Position numbers and translations under genes: made by a program. Below, in pieces: positions 9,015 to 21,579 of a stretch of 64,000 bases of DNA. The stretch is taken from assembly GCA_964016885.1 (NCBI GenBank), contig OZ024743.1, forward strand, positions 23,932,001 through 23,996,000, read 5' to 3'. This DNA is from Eledone cirrhosa. Taxonomy: Eukaryota. How positions within the stretch are numbered: the stretch's first letter is position 1; each line of letters begins with the position of its first letter. Below the pieces are notes generated by a model. It did not search any database, was not told the DNA's origin, and saw only the letters and a list, made by a program, of their open reading frames with translations.

Positions 9015-10952
9015 CATCATCATCATCATCATCGTTTAACGTCCATCTTCCATGCTAGCATGGGTTTGGACGGGAATTGTCCCACTTGAGGCAAGATTGG
9101 TTGTCTTGCTCAGGACTGTCTGGCGGGTTTTCTACGGCTGGATGCCCTTCCTAACACCAACCACGTTTACAGTGTGGACTGGGAGGTTTTTACCGTGTTA
9201 CCTATACGGCCACATTACAGTGTAGACTGTGTGTTTTTTTGTCGTGACACCTACACGTCTAGCAGGTTTTCTACGGCTGGATGCCCTTCCCAACACCAAC
9301 CACGTTTACAGTGTGTACTGGGAGGTTTTTACCGTATTACCTACACGGCCACTTTACAGCGTGGACTGTGTGTTTTTTTGTCGTGACACCTACACGACCT
9401 CATTTGTTTCGGACTGGATGTTGTGGTACCAACATAACTTCACGTTTAAGGGGGTGGTATGGATGGGGTGGGGGTAGTGGGACGTTAGAGGTGCCTACTG
9501 ACTCTAGGTTTCGCTTTGTACTTAGGCAAGGCGGGTCTTCTGTATAACTGTGTAGCGCCAAAGCTCTCGGTCCAGTGACATTGTCTTGGAGAGGTGTAAG
9601 TGTGTGAGGTCGGAATTTATCAAGTCGTCCCAGGTTTTTCTGGGTCTGCCTACTCCGTGGCTACCGTCTATTTTTATCACCCTGCACTTTTTTATACAGC
9701 TGTCGTCTTTCATGCGCATCATGTGACCGTACCAACGTAGTCTTCTCTCGAGTAAACAACATCTGATCCCTCTTATTCCTAATTTCTCCCTTAGTTCGTT
9801 TATGCTTTACCGTTCACGTATATTACTATTACACATCCAGCGGAGCATGCAAGCTTCGTTTCTCTCCAGTCTGCGTATATCCTCTGCACACAATGCCCAG
9901 GTCTCACTGCCATGTAACATTGCTGTTCGTATGCAGGCATCATACAGCCTGCCTTTCATTTTTAGAGAGAACCCTTTAGCGGCCAATAGTGGTATAAGCT
10001 CTCTGAACTTTTTCCATCCCGTTCTGACTCTAGCTACTGTACTTTCAGAGCACCCTCCCGCACTGCTGATTTTGTCACCCAGGTAACGGAAGCTGTCCAC
10101 TATTTCTATAGAACCATCTGTGCAATGGAATGAGTTAGTATTCAGTGGGCACTTGCTGCTACTTATTGCACCAGAGCACCGGCCACATATAAAATCTATA
10201 TTCTTAGTTAGCTTACCTGTGATCCCACTACATCTTTTATGTACCCATACTTTGCATTTGGGACATAAAATGGAGTTTCTGCCTACTCCTTTCCTACACA
10301 CTGAGCATGGCCATTTCCCAGATGAGACCGGTGCCCTATTTTCCTTCCTACAAACTAGAACTTTAGTCTTAGACAAGTTAACTTTAAGGCCTTTTGATTC
10401 TAGGCCATGCTTCCATGTTTGGAATTTCTTCTCTAGTTCAGCCATTGATTCAGCTATGAGCGTTAGATCATCTGCATATAGGAGTTCCCATGGGCAGCCG
10501 GTCTTGAACTCCTCTGTTATAGCCTGAAGGGCAATAATAAATAGTAGGGGGCTAAGGACGGAGCCCTGATGAACACCAACTTTTACTCTAAACTCTTCAC
10601 TATATTCGTTGTTAATTCTAACCTTGCTGACTGTTTCTTTATACATGGCTTGTATAGCTCTCACAAGCCATTCATCAACACCTAGTTTTCTAAGGGCCCA
10701 CCAGATAATCGAGCGGGGTACTCTGTCAAAGGCTTTCTCCAAGTCAACAAAAGCTAAGTATAGGGGTTTACTTTTAGCTAGGTACTTCTCCTGTAGTTGT
10801 CGTACAATGAAAAGAGCGTCTGTTGTACTTTTACCTGACACAAACCCGAACTGCATTTCGTCTAGATCAATTCGCTCTCTGATTAGTTGCGCTATTACTT
10901 TTTCTGTGACCTTCATGACCTGGTCAATTAATTTAATGCCTCTATAGTTTCC
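9015..10952 (-). mobile_element. 5'-truncated RTE LINE, family B (PHD-containing), nonsense mutation at about 9807
   Basis: ORFs 9807-10955 and 9522-9722 are homologous to family A RT, PHD and C-terminus. CAA>TAA stop. Repeated 3' UTR modules and a (GAT)n tail. Confidence 0.92.
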
Positions 10953-11859
10953 CATATATCATAATCATCATTTAATGGATGGTGCATAGTGTGCAAAGTC
11001 GACAATGACAAACAGGTAAAACAAACATAGAGAGCAATTTACAAAATGTGTTGTTAGGTTAACACTTGTGTGAAATAGAAGTATTTTCAATATATTAGAT
11101 GGTAGTCCTTCATCAGGAAAAATAAAAGAGTGCAAATGAAATTAGGAAATCCAGAGAGAGAAGAGATTTAAAAAATCTAAATAAAACGAAAAACAATTGA
11201 TTGTTCATGCTTTCATCTCATCAAGGAAACCAGAATATGCCTTGTGAGTAAATCTGGTTGATGGAAACTGAAGAAGCCTGTCATTCACACACACATGTAA
11301 AAATGATGATACTTTGATTAACTAGTAATGTCTTCATTGCATGAGTAGCCAGCATTAGGAAAACTTACATTTGGCATGGGTTCTACAGCTGGCTGCCCTT
11401 TTTAATGCTAACCACCTTACAAAGTGTACTGGATGTGATTTTTTTCATAATACCCACACTATAACTTTACAGAGTGTACTGGGTGCATTTTATAGTGGCA
11501 CTAGTACTAGTTTTCAGTTTCCATTAACCAGATTCACTAACAAGGCAAATTTTGTTTTCCCTGATGAGTTCGAAGCACTAAATACTGACTTCCCAACTAC
11601 TTCAGTATATCATCATCATCATCATCACCATTTTAAAGTCTATTTTTTCCATGCTTATGACGGGTTCTTTTCAGCACAGCATCTCCCCATTCATCGTGTT
11701 CCTTCGTCATCTCCTCTATGAGTCTGTGATTTGAAATCAGCTCTGGTAAGCCAGGGATCATACTAAAATAATTTTGTTTCCTTTTTTTATCATTCCTAAT
11801 ACTCCTTTAATCACTGGTTTTGTAACCACCTTGAGATGCCTCGTGTTTTTAATTTCAAT

Positions 11860-12075
11860 CTGAACTTGTCAAATTCTTTTGCTGCAATATTGTGATCACA
11901 TGGGATACTCATATCAGTCAATAAACATACTTTGTTATTTTGGTCTTTTACAATAATATCTAGTCTATTAGCTTTGATGGTTCTGTTTGTGTGTACAGGA
12001 AAATCCCAAAGAATCGTTACATTTTCTCCCTCAGTTACAGCCACAGGGTGATGCTTATACCACTTGTCAGCAGTT
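11860..12075 (-). mobile_element. Fragment of a restriction-like-endonuclease LINE (R4/Dong/NeSL type)
   Basis: Reads KWYKHHPVAVTEGENVTILWDFPVHTNRTIKANRLDIIVKD...LLTDMSIPCDHNIAAKEFDK, resembling the RPD..D..P.D...KE.EK RLE motif. Confidence 0.75.
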
Positions 12076-12127
12076 TATTATTATCATTATTTTGATTTTT
12101 ATTAATTTGTGTATTGATTTATTTCAG

Positions 12128-12245
12128 TATGTAAACCCCTCATTAGTGATAGTGGTCTATGATATAACAGACACAAAGTCATTTCAAGAATCTGAGAACT
12201 ATCTAGAACAAATTACTAAGAAAAACCCTACAAGATCAATTTTAT
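12128..12245 (+). CDS. IFT27: IFT27 (RABL4) internal coding exon
   Basis: tttcag|TAT...TTA T|gtaagt. Encodes YVNPSLVIVVYDITDTKSFQESENYLEQITKKNPTRSIL, matching the vertebrate IFT27 segment WESPNVLCLVYDVTNEESF as I recall it. Ends in phase 1. Confidence 0.9.
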
Positions 12246-12672
12246 GTAAGTAAACATATTTGGAATATTACTTTGAACTGTGACTGTCAATGACCCAGTT
12301 TCACTAACATACAACATCACATTCACTAGATACTCAGTCCACTCAGTGAGGTGGTAGGTCAGGTACCATAACGAAAAAGCACCCAGTCCACCCTGTAAAG
12401 TGATAGTGTTGGTGCCACGAAAAAAACTCCCAGTACATGTTGTAATGTGCTTGATGTTAAGAAAAGTGTCTAACCATATAAGACTAAGCCCAAACCTGTC
12501 TAACCCATGAAAGCAACGGAAAAATGGATGTTAAATGGTGATGGTGATGATGATTTATATATGTGTATGTATAGATATATATATATATAATTAAAGTCAA
12601 CAGGGAAAATAACACATGAGAACAATACAATGATGATATATATTAGTTTAACACTTGATATGATAGAAGTGA

Positions 12673-12706
12673 CTTAATGTTTCGGATGTTAGTCCTTCAT
12701 CACAAG
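12673..12706 (-). ncRNA. Degenerate hammerhead motif in a Penelope-like terminal remnant (related, more decayed copy at about 11085-11118)
   Basis: Minus strand CTT-GTGATGA-A-GGA ctaaca TCC-GAAA-CATT-AAG. Core C3 is changed to G, so it is probably inactive. Confidence 0.5.
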
Positions 12707-13049
12707 ATAGAATGTTAAAGAAACAAGAGGAGAGAGATGAAGAAATAGGAAGATAGGCGAAAGAAAGAAAAGGGGAAAAAGTTAGACAAGTGGAAAACAC
12801 TTTATTGTGGTTTCAAAATATGTTCAAAATTCGAAACACAGCAATACTTCAAGTTCTCAAAGAGTTCCTTTGAAATATTCAAACAATATCAAGCTAGATG
12901 TTAGTTATGTTTTTTCCATTATTCTCTGTTGAATCAAATACCATATCTTTCAAATAAGAATTTGCTGTAAGCCTAACTAGTGGTCAGATTGGTTGCAAAT
13001 TGTGAATACAGATGTCACTGATTATTACAATCTACTACTACTATTACTG

Positions 13050-13270
13050 AGGGCAGTGGATTGGTAGTATCAGTAGAGCTCCAGACACCATGCTTTGTAG
13101 CATAGAGTTATGGCCCTGTACGTTCTGAGTTCCAATCCTGCCAAGGTTAGCTTTGCCTTTCATCCTTATGGGGTTGATAAAATAAAGCACCAGTAATGCA
13201 CTGGGGTCGATTTATTCGATTTTCCCCTCCCCTTCAAATTGCAGGCCTTGTGCCTAAAGTAGAAACAACT
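13050..13270 (+). mobile_element. tRNA-derived SINE (family 2)
   Basis: A box TGGTAGTATCAGT, B box GAGTTCCAATCC, core TTTGCCTTTCATCCTTA.GGGGT.GATAAAATAAAG.ACCAG, tail GGCCTTGTGCCTAAAGTAGAAAC. More than 10 whole or partial copies in the window. Confidence 0.85.
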
Positions 13271-13535
13271 GCAACTACTACTACATGCAGGAATACAATA
13301 TACTTATTCTAAAATTCAGGATATACACAACCACTTTACAGGGTGGACTGGGTGCTTTTTGTTGTGTCACCAACATGACCACTTTACAGGATGCAAGACG
13401 TGGTCATCTGACCTTATTTGTCTTATAATGTGACAACCCATCTAATCCATGCAAGCGTGAAAAAATAGATGATTATGATGATGTCTTTACATGCTGGAAA
13501 CAAAAAGCATTAAGATGTCTTTTTACTAACTACAG

Positions 13536-13645
13536 GTGCTCTAGTTGGCAATAAGACGGACTTGGAAGAACAACGGAAAGTATCTAAAGAAGAAGGTGAA
13601 GAACTTGCAAAAAAATTTGATGCTGAATTTTGTGAATGTTCTGTA
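13536..13645 (+). CDS. IFT27: IFT27 penultimate coding exon (G4 NKTD motif)
   Basis: Branch point TACTAAC, then tacag|GT GCT...GTA|gtaagt. Encodes (C)ALVGNKTDLEEQRKVSKEEGEELAKKFDAEFCECSV. Phase 1 to 0, consistent with its neighbours. Confidence 0.93.
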
Positions 13646-13859
13646 GTAAGTATTTTCTATCATGTTCTTTCCTCATCCTCTCTGCCTTTGACTTTGGCAA
13701 TCTAGCTGTGGGAGCATTTATGTGGCTACTTGACCTCAAATCCTTAAAAAAAGATAATTAGATAATGTAGTTCTAGATGTAGTAAAGATGGGATGCCTGT
13801 GATCATAGATTTGTTTGATCAAGTTTGACTTGGAGTTAAACAATAACTTCAGCAATAGT

Positions 13860-14525
13860 ATACGAGGTGTCAAAAAAGTAACAGGACATAGTGTGCTGTG
13901 TGAGCTATGAGTGAGGTTAGGGAATAGTGTGTTGTGTCACCGTGTGAGGTAATATCCAGGGAGTATATAACTGGTATCTCAGCTCTGTAGCCATTGTATG
14001 TTTTTTCCCGTACCTTTGTTAACAGCTCCTCAATTTTAGGCTGTTAAGTGATGAACCAACCTGAAGTTTCTGGTCCAGCTGGGGAAAACTCTGTCAGAAG
14101 TACTCTGACTACTGCAGTAATTGTACCATGATGAGACAATGTCACACTCACAGATTTTAAAGTGCCACAAAAAGTTCAAAGAGGGATGTGAGGATGTGGA
14201 AGATGATTCCAGGAGCAGAAGGCCTTCAACAAGCAGGACCAATGTTGAGCACTTGAGGCAGGTGGTATATGGCAATCATTGACTGACTGTTTGACTGATC
14301 ACAAGTGAGTTGGGCATGAACTGTAACATCGTTTGGAAAATTATGACTGAAGATTTGGGCATGTGGAAGATCTGTGCGAAGATGGTGCCGAAGTTGCTGA
14401 ACAAAGGTCAGGAGTGGCGCATGTAGGTCTGTCAGGATATCCTTGAGCATCTTGAAACCAAACCAGATTTGCCTGGGAGAGTCATCGCTGGTGAGTCATG
14501 GATCTTTGAGTACAATCTGGTGACC
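13860..14525 (+). mobile_element. Decayed mariner-type transposon, 5' half
   Basis: TIR-like TA-TACGAGGTGTCAAAAAAGTAAC. Broken frame reads KFLVQLGKT...HKKFKEGCEDVEDDSRSRRPSTS...TEDLGMWKICAKMVPKLL...IAGESWIFEY (HTH, WVP-like motif and first catalytic region). Confidence 0.85.
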
Positions 14526-14529
14526 AAGA

Positions 14530-15200
14530 AATATAGGGAGATTGCAGATAGGCTAACAGAAAATATAGACTTTATACGTGACAGAAGCACTGGAATAGTT
14601 AGGATTAAGAGCACCAGTGAAAAAAACTTTTTTCAATTCAGGGAAGGCCCCATAGAAGTAATTGACAGCTTGACATATTTTGTTACTTAGGTGATCTAAA
14701 TAGTAGTGAAGGGAGTTGCTCTGAAAGCATGATAGCTAGAATGGAAAAAGTTCAGGGAGATACCACCACTGTTGGCAAAAAAGGGACTGTATGATGCCTG
14801 CAAAAGAAGGGCAGTGTTGCATGGCAGTGATACATGGGCTGTGAATGCAAAGGATATGCCTCATTAGATGTATAATGTTATTATGCAACAAAGCACAGAT
14901 GAGCTGAGAGAAAAACTGATCATATAAGGTATCAGATGAAGCATGTAGGAGGAAAGATTGTGCTGGTACAGGAATGTAATGCATATTGGATGGTGATTGT
15001 TGGGTGAAGAAATGCTAGGAGTTCCAAGTGAAAGTAGGATGTGAAAGAAGACCAAGGAAGATATCGGCAATGGTGGTAAAAGCTGATTTCAAGAAACTTG
15101 ACCTCAGAAAGGAGATAACAAATGAAAGCAATAAATGGAGAAATGCTGTACTAGAGAGGACTTGTCTAACCCATGTAAACATGGAAAGACAGACATAAAA
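14530..15200 (+). mobile_element. Old decayed copy of the PHD-RTE lineage (3' part)
   Basis: Remnants LTENIDF, GPIEVIDS, LHGSDTWAVN. The 3' end TCTAACCCATG...ATGGAAA matches the family A/B terminus. Confidence 0.75.
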
Positions 15201-15657
15201 CTCCTACATGTATTAAGTATTTTTTTCATGATTGTACATTTAACCATATCTATGTATATATATGTGGGTGGGTGTGTGTGCATGTATATATAATTTTTTT
15301 AACATTTTACATTTGTTAGGTCAATTTAGGCTACAGGTCAAATAGTGGCAGATTAAGGGGAATACTGATTGAGCTGCAGTCAGCACCCCCACTCTGTATT
15401 TAAAGTGTTCCAAATTGATTTTTTACCTATCATAGACAATGCACAAGTGCCTCAATGAGATTTTCAGCCAGAGGCCCCATGCAAGCTTAATCTGCCTCTG
15501 GGATCAAATAATGGTGTCAGTACAATTGACTATACTTCCCCTAAAATCTGTGTCTTTGTGTTTTGTATGGATTTACAATAAATTCATTACATAATTTCTG
15601 AACATTTAAAAAATCCTTCTTCATGTTTTCAATGTTTTCTTTTGTTTTGATTTCCAG

Positions 15658-15756
15658 AAAGACATGGTTAATATTGACCATCCATTCCAGCATTTGGCAT
15701 TGAGCTTCACCAAGAAATATGAAACTTGTTTAGAACATTTCAGTAGTCTTGCTTAG
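15658..15756 (+). CDS. IFT27: IFT27 last coding exon
   Basis: ttccag|AAA...GCT TAG. Encodes KDMVNIDHPFQHLALSFTKKYETCLEHFSSLA*, versus recalled human KEMENFEAPFHCLAKQF...FRALA*. No C-terminal prenylation motif, as expected for IFT27. Confidence 0.9.
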   Translation, partial: KDMVNIDHPFQHLALSFTKKYETCLEHFSSLA

Positions 15757-17107
15757 ATAAAACAGGTGTTAAATGATTGTGTGTGTGAGAAAGAATATAT
15801 ACACAGATTAAATTGTTTTGATACCTGGAGTTAGTCTGTATGTATATATTTTTCATATATTTTAAACTATACTTTGTATCAAGTACTCAAATTTTGTTCA
15901 TACGCATACACACACACATATAAAACGATGGTCATGATGGTGATGATGATATATGCCTGTAAATGTATTGGGAAATAAATTATTTTGAATACTATAAACT
16001 TTATATTCAGAGGTATTATAACCTGTTTTCAGCTGATGGACCACCTTACTGTTAGAAATATCAGAAAGCATTTCTTTTTCTTTTTGAGGGAGCAGGTTTG
16101 AATTTTTGTCATTGTTACTACACTGTGTTTGGGTAAAGATTCTTAAATCACAGCAGACTAGTTCTTGATCAGCTATAAAGAACTGTACTTCGAACAAGTA
16201 GAGTTCACCAATATATTTCTTCTTAACCTGCAACTCCTCATAGGGTGCCATAGTAACAAAAGGTATATCTTCAGTATTTTAAACCCATCTTTTCTCAAGG
16301 TTTGAACAGATTTCTCCCAGAGAAGAGAATTAGTGATAGAGAGGAAGTGAGAAAGAGATATAGGGGAAGAATCAACCTCAGTTTTGGGTTGCTACTTTTC
16401 TTATCAACCACAAAGGATGAAAGGCAAAGCTGACCTTAACAAGTTTTGATCTTAGAGTGCGGATAACCAGAACAAATATTGCAATGTTCTAATGACTTTG
16501 CCAATTTGCTGCCTTTACCAATGTATAACAATTATTTAATTAGAATTAGAATGCTGCACTGAACTCAACTCAAATACAAATATGAATGTAAACCAACTGA
16601 AAAGAATTTATTATACAGACATGCTTCACTCCATTCATTCAAAATCTAGACAGCAACACTTGAGGAGGATTGGTATATCATGTCAGTCTTTTTGTTGCTT
16701 ATTGTCAGACCAAAGTTGTTTCAAGCTACAGAGAACCTGTCTATGCTTTGTTGCATGCTATTGCTCGCATTCAGTACACAATCTTCTGCAAAGAGATCAT
16801 GAATATTGGTGGTTTGGATTTTAATGACTACTTTCAGACATGCAAGGTTGGGAAGCCCACCAGCCATTGTATAAAGGATGTGAACACCTTGAGGAAGATC
16901 ATCCTTGAAAGTATCTTTGAGCATTGCCAGGAACATCAAACTGAATATTACTGACACCAGTACACCCCTCCCCCCTGCCTTATATCATCACTGACAGAAA
17001 ATTCTACTGATGGTTTAGCATCATCAAGGACACAAACCACTATGGCTTTATGAAATTGTTTGACAATGTTGGTAAATTTGTTCAGGTGACTAATCTTGAA
17101 CATTATC

Positions 17108-19190
17108 TAAGCGGAAAAAACATCCAAAAAGTGCAATTTGGGAGACTGCAGCAGTCCGTCTTGCCAGAAAAGAACGTCGCAATGCTGAATGTGAGTACAA
17201 ACTGCACAAATCAGACATCAATAGGAAGAGGCGAAATATATCGTCCAACCACCTCAAACAGGTGACAAAAAAGGCAGTGCTTCAATTTGAGCAGCGCATA
17301 GCAACCAGCCCTGACAGTAAGGTGTTCTAGAAGTATGTTCACTCAAAGCAGAGGCCTCACTCTCCAGTTGGTCCTCTTCACAATCCCCACACAAGCCAGG
17401 TTACTGACGACCCCAAGGAATGCACAAAGCTCATTGCTGAATGCTATGCAGGTATTTTCACTATTGAAGACCTGAGTGTACCGTCTCCACCACCTATGAC
17501 ACCGGATTCTATTACAACCATGGAATTTACACCTGCAATGCTGCGACGTCACCTAAAAAATAAACGCAACCATGCCTCTCCTGGTCTTGATGGTGTTACG
17601 TACCTGCTTCTTAAACGTGGTGGGTACTTCCTTCTGCACCAGCTATCACGCTTCTTCCAATTCTGTCTGAACAACGGTGCTACTCCAGAATAGTGGAAAA
17701 CTGCCAGTGTCATTCCTCTGTTCAAAAAGGGTGACCGCACATCACCTGTGAACTATCGTCCAGTCAGTCTTACTAGTTGCATTGCCAAACTGATGGAATC
17801 ATCCTGTGTCAGAGAAACACTTTGGAACTTCTGGAACTCTCAGTCTTATCCGGCCCTCGCAATTTGGATTTATCCCCAACTCCAGCTGCTGTGATCAACT
17901 TATCGAGTTTCTTGAAGACATCACCCGGATCACTGATGGCGGCTCATGGGTGGATGTTGTTTACCTTGACTTTGCGAAAGCTTTCAATTCTGTGCCACAC
18001 AAAAGGCTTATGGCAAAACTCTCTGCAATGGGTGTGAAGGATGATCTTTTTAACTGGTTGAAGTCCTTCATTCTCAGTAGAGTTGTAGTCACGGTTCTGG
18101 GACAGCATTCCTCACCATATGAGATGTCATCTGGTGTACCACAGGGATCTGTTCTTGGCCCCCTTTTGTTTGTGGCATATATTAATGACATAGATGCCAA
18201 CTTAAAGAATGCCACAGTACTAAAGTACGCAGATGACATCAAGCTGTACCTTGAGATAAAAAGGACAGATCCTGAACACTAGATCTTGCTTGCAGTCTGA
18301 CCTGGACACAATGCAACAATGGATCTCAGACTGGCAACTCAAGCTAGCTGTAGACAAGTGCACCACCATGCATTTTGGGAGTAAAAACCCAGCGTCCACA
18401 TACTCCCTCCACAGCACTAATATCAAGAAGTCTTCTTGTGAACGTGACCTGGGCATTACGGTCAGCAGCGATTTGCATTGGACGTAGCACGTCTCTAAAA
18501 TTGTATTGAGGGCCGAGGGTGTCTTAGCATCACTCAGCAAGACCTTTGTCAGCCGCTCTCCAGCTATCTATTTAAGGCTGTACATGGCTATGGTGCAGCC
18601 ACACTTAGAATTTGCATCACCAGTCTGGAACCCCTATCTTGCTCAGAACATTGATCGCCTGGAAACTGTTCAGAGATGTGCAACCAAGCAAATACCCTCC
18701 ATCAGGCATCTACCATACTCTGAACGCCTTGCTTCCCTGGGCATGGATTCATTGAAGCTCCGACACCTGACAACTGACTTGGTAAACACCCACAAAATTA
18801 TTAACCATCTTGCCAACAACAACCCTGAGTACCTTTTTGATTTCCATGTGTCTAACACACGTGGGCATGCCCACAAAGTCAGAAAACAGCACAGTTCCCA
18901 TGACTTTCGGAAACATTTTTTCACACTCAGAGTTGCTGAAGCATGGAACAAACTACCTGCATCAGTTGTTAGCTGTCGAGACACTGCATCCTTTAAAACC
19001 TCCATGCTTCCCGAGATTCGCCAACACTACACCTAATGTTCTCCCTCCATGTACATACACACATATATATCATGACTCATACACTATTCACTTCCCTGAC
19101 ATTTGTATATTACTCTATGTACTATACATGCACCTTTGACGAGTTGTAGTGCACCTGAGCACTTTACACAATAATTTCATTATTATTATT
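17108..19190 (+). mobile_element. 5'-truncated CR1-clade LINE with frameshifts and stops
   Basis: SPGLDG, NYRPVSLT, VDVVYLDFAKAFNSVPHKRL, GVPQGSVLGPLLF, YADD, RGH...FFTLRVAEAWNKLP. (ATT)n tail. A second 3' fragment lies at about 56970-57260. Confidence 0.92.
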
Positions 19191-19194
19191 TTAA

Positions 19195-19825
19195 AGGATT
19201 TTATGGCTTTCAATGTTGAATGTTTTGATTAGATCAACAATTGTGGTATAGAGTTCCTAATGTTGTGCTTGGCATTTCTCTTGCAATTGTCTCACAAATA
19301 CCATGTCTACAATGCCATGTCCTACATGGAAACCATTAAGTTTATAGGAGCAGCTCATCTCAAAATGTTTGCGGCAGTTCAGTAGGACTATGACAAAGAT
19401 TTTCTCTGCAATGGACAGCCAGGAGACGTCTCTGTGGTTATTACATATAGATGTAGACTATAGAAGCATCATTCAATTCCTGTGGAAGTTTAACCTGGTT
19501 CCAGAATATCCTGAAGCTTTCCAAAAGATAGTTGCTTAATGGCTATTTCCACTTCTGTGTCAGTAGAATAATTGTCTAATTTGAAATTTGTTTTGATTTA
19601 AAGTAGTCAGGAGATAGTTGAGGACTGTTGAAATGTTCTGCCTATCACTAAAATGTGTTCTCTATCTGTTAGAAGTGTTGATATGTCAGCGCTTAGACGA
19701 GGCACAGTTCTTGAGAATTGAGGGCTATACACAGCTTTCAATAAGTCACAGAACCTCTTCCAGTTATTATCAGCATAATGCTGAATTTCATTAGCTTTTT
19801 TGTAAAGCCAGTTTTCTTGCTTGGG
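19195..19825 (-). mobile_element. Decayed BovB-like RTE linker/RT fragment
   Basis: QENWLYKKANEIQHYADNNWKRFCDLLKAVYSP...LSADISTLLTDREHIL, typical of the RTE linker. Confidence 0.7.
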
Positions 19826-20058
19826 CCTTGGTTGTTTCTGTATATTCTGACATTTCTTCACAAATTGCTTTCTTCGGATCATTAGTTGAGTCACACTGGT
19901 AGATAGCAAAGAGTTTGTGCTTCTTTTTGAGGATTTCTTGTAACCTATCATCATTTCCATTAACCTTTTAGCATTTATATGGAACAAGTTTATGTACATT
20001 ATAAGAGTTAGAAAAGAGCTCCTTGAAAAATATACAAGTCGATAACCAAGACTACAAT

Positions 20059-20274
20059 TCAACCCTTTAGCATTTAAACCGGCTGTATCCGGCCAGAATT
20101 CTCTCACCTCTTTCTGTTCAAACTGGCTGTAACTGGTTGCTCATACTTATGTTACAGTATTGTTCTCAAAATAAATAACATGAAAATTTCATAGATTCAA
20201 TATTATGTGAGATAAAGCCTTTACTGTGAAAATATAATAGTAAATATAAAGTAATGTAAATGCTAAAGGGTTAA
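20059..20274. mobile_element. piggyBac-type MITE
   Basis: Perfect 16-bp inverted repeat AACCCTTTAGCATTTA (20061-20076) / TAAATGCTAAAGGGTT (20257-20272). CCC...GGG ends with TCAA/TTAA flanks. A right-half copy lies at about 21715-21830. Confidence 0.8.
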
Positions 20275-20423
20275 AGAAACTGAGCAGCTCAGTTCTACCC
20301 AGCTCAGAAGGGTTGAGAGAAGTAAGCCAGTTAGCATTGGTCTACAATTTTGGGAGAGCCTAATCCCCTTAAGTTCTAGTTCTTTTATTTTTCTGTTATT
20401 TGTAAATACATCATATACACTAC

Positions 20424-20795
20424 ATCATCATCATCATCATTTAACATCCATTTTCCACGCTAGCATGGGTTAGACGAGTTGTCCCAATGTGAGACAAGTC
20501 AGGTGAGGTGACCATGTTTTGCTCATACAGAATTGTTTCTAGCCTGGTTTCTATGGTAGGATGCCCTTCCTAATGCCAACCACATTTACAGTGTGGATTG
20601 GGTGCTTTTTATTGTGGCACTGTAACAACCACTTTACAATGTGGGCTGGACACTTTTTGTCATGTCACCAACACAACCACTTTACAGTGTGGACTGATGC
20701 TTTTTGTTGTGTCACCAACACGACCACTTTACCATGTTGATTGGGAAGTTTTTTTCACAGCACTAAAATGACCACTGCATAGTATGGACTGAGGG
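20424..20795 (-). mobile_element. Non-coding element sharing the PHD-RTE 3' UTR and tail
   Basis: (CAT)n-TTTTCCACGCTAGCATGGGTTAGA...GGATGCCCTTCCTAA.GCCAACC plus about five 40-45 bp CCACTTTACAGTGTGG units. Similar pieces at about 6160, 12330-12553, 38240-38590, 44090-44256 and 52345-52530. Confidence 0.75.
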
Positions 20796-21579
20796 CTGTG
20801 CTGTGTAAGGACGTGGGTGGAGTGTTATTACAAGTGCATATATATACCCATAACCCATACATAAATCATGTATTTAGCAGTTAGAAATGGGGCCTACTTT
20901 TAGCATACTTTCTGTGGCTGGATGCCCTCTCTAACATTAATCGCTTTACAGACTATACAGAATGTGCTTTATCATGGAACCAGTCCTTGGTTTCAAAGGC
21001 TGCTGTTGATCACCCTCCCTATTCTCCTGATTTAGCTGGGAACCAGTATAGCAGTGATGATAATGTCATCTGCTGTTGATTATATTTTTGACGAATAAGA
21101 TGAGTTTCTTCACCATTGGGATCCAAGCACTACAGAAGTAGTGTAGACTGAGACATGTTGAAAACTAAACTTCATTTGGTTACATTAGATGAAAGTATCT
21201 TGGTCAGCCTATTAACTTTTCAGCCATCCCTCGTAACTGTCAAAAATTAGTTTCACTTTTGAGACCGGCCGTTTTGACGTATGCCTATATATATATATAT
21301 ATATATATTTATTAAAATAACAGATTAAAGTTTAAGCAAAGAATCGCTGCTTTCACCCTTAACGGGATCTTCTGAAACTACAAAATCAATCTGTGAACGC
21401 AGAAGTAAATATTTTGAAAAACGTTACACACTATATATATACATATATACACACACATATAGCGTCATAATGTCGTAATGCAGACAGCCAGACATACAGA
21501 CAGATATTATAAGGGCGCACCGTTATATCTATGTATCTATCTAAAAAGAAAGACTAACAATTATTGAAAGAGATCGCTA

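Noticed and set aside
9120-9410. Repeat-spacer-like pattern suggesting a CRISPR array
   Set aside because: Degenerate tandem UTR modules of a eukaryotic LINE, with no unique spacers and no cas genes.
11561-11585. CTGATGAG hammerhead-like core
   Set aside because: No stem II followed by GAAA, and no stem I.
15898-16251. 117-aa minus-strand ORF downstream of IFT27
   Set aside because: No recognisable motif, an in-frame stop shortly upstream, and it runs into microsatellite. Probably IFT27 3' UTR or flank.
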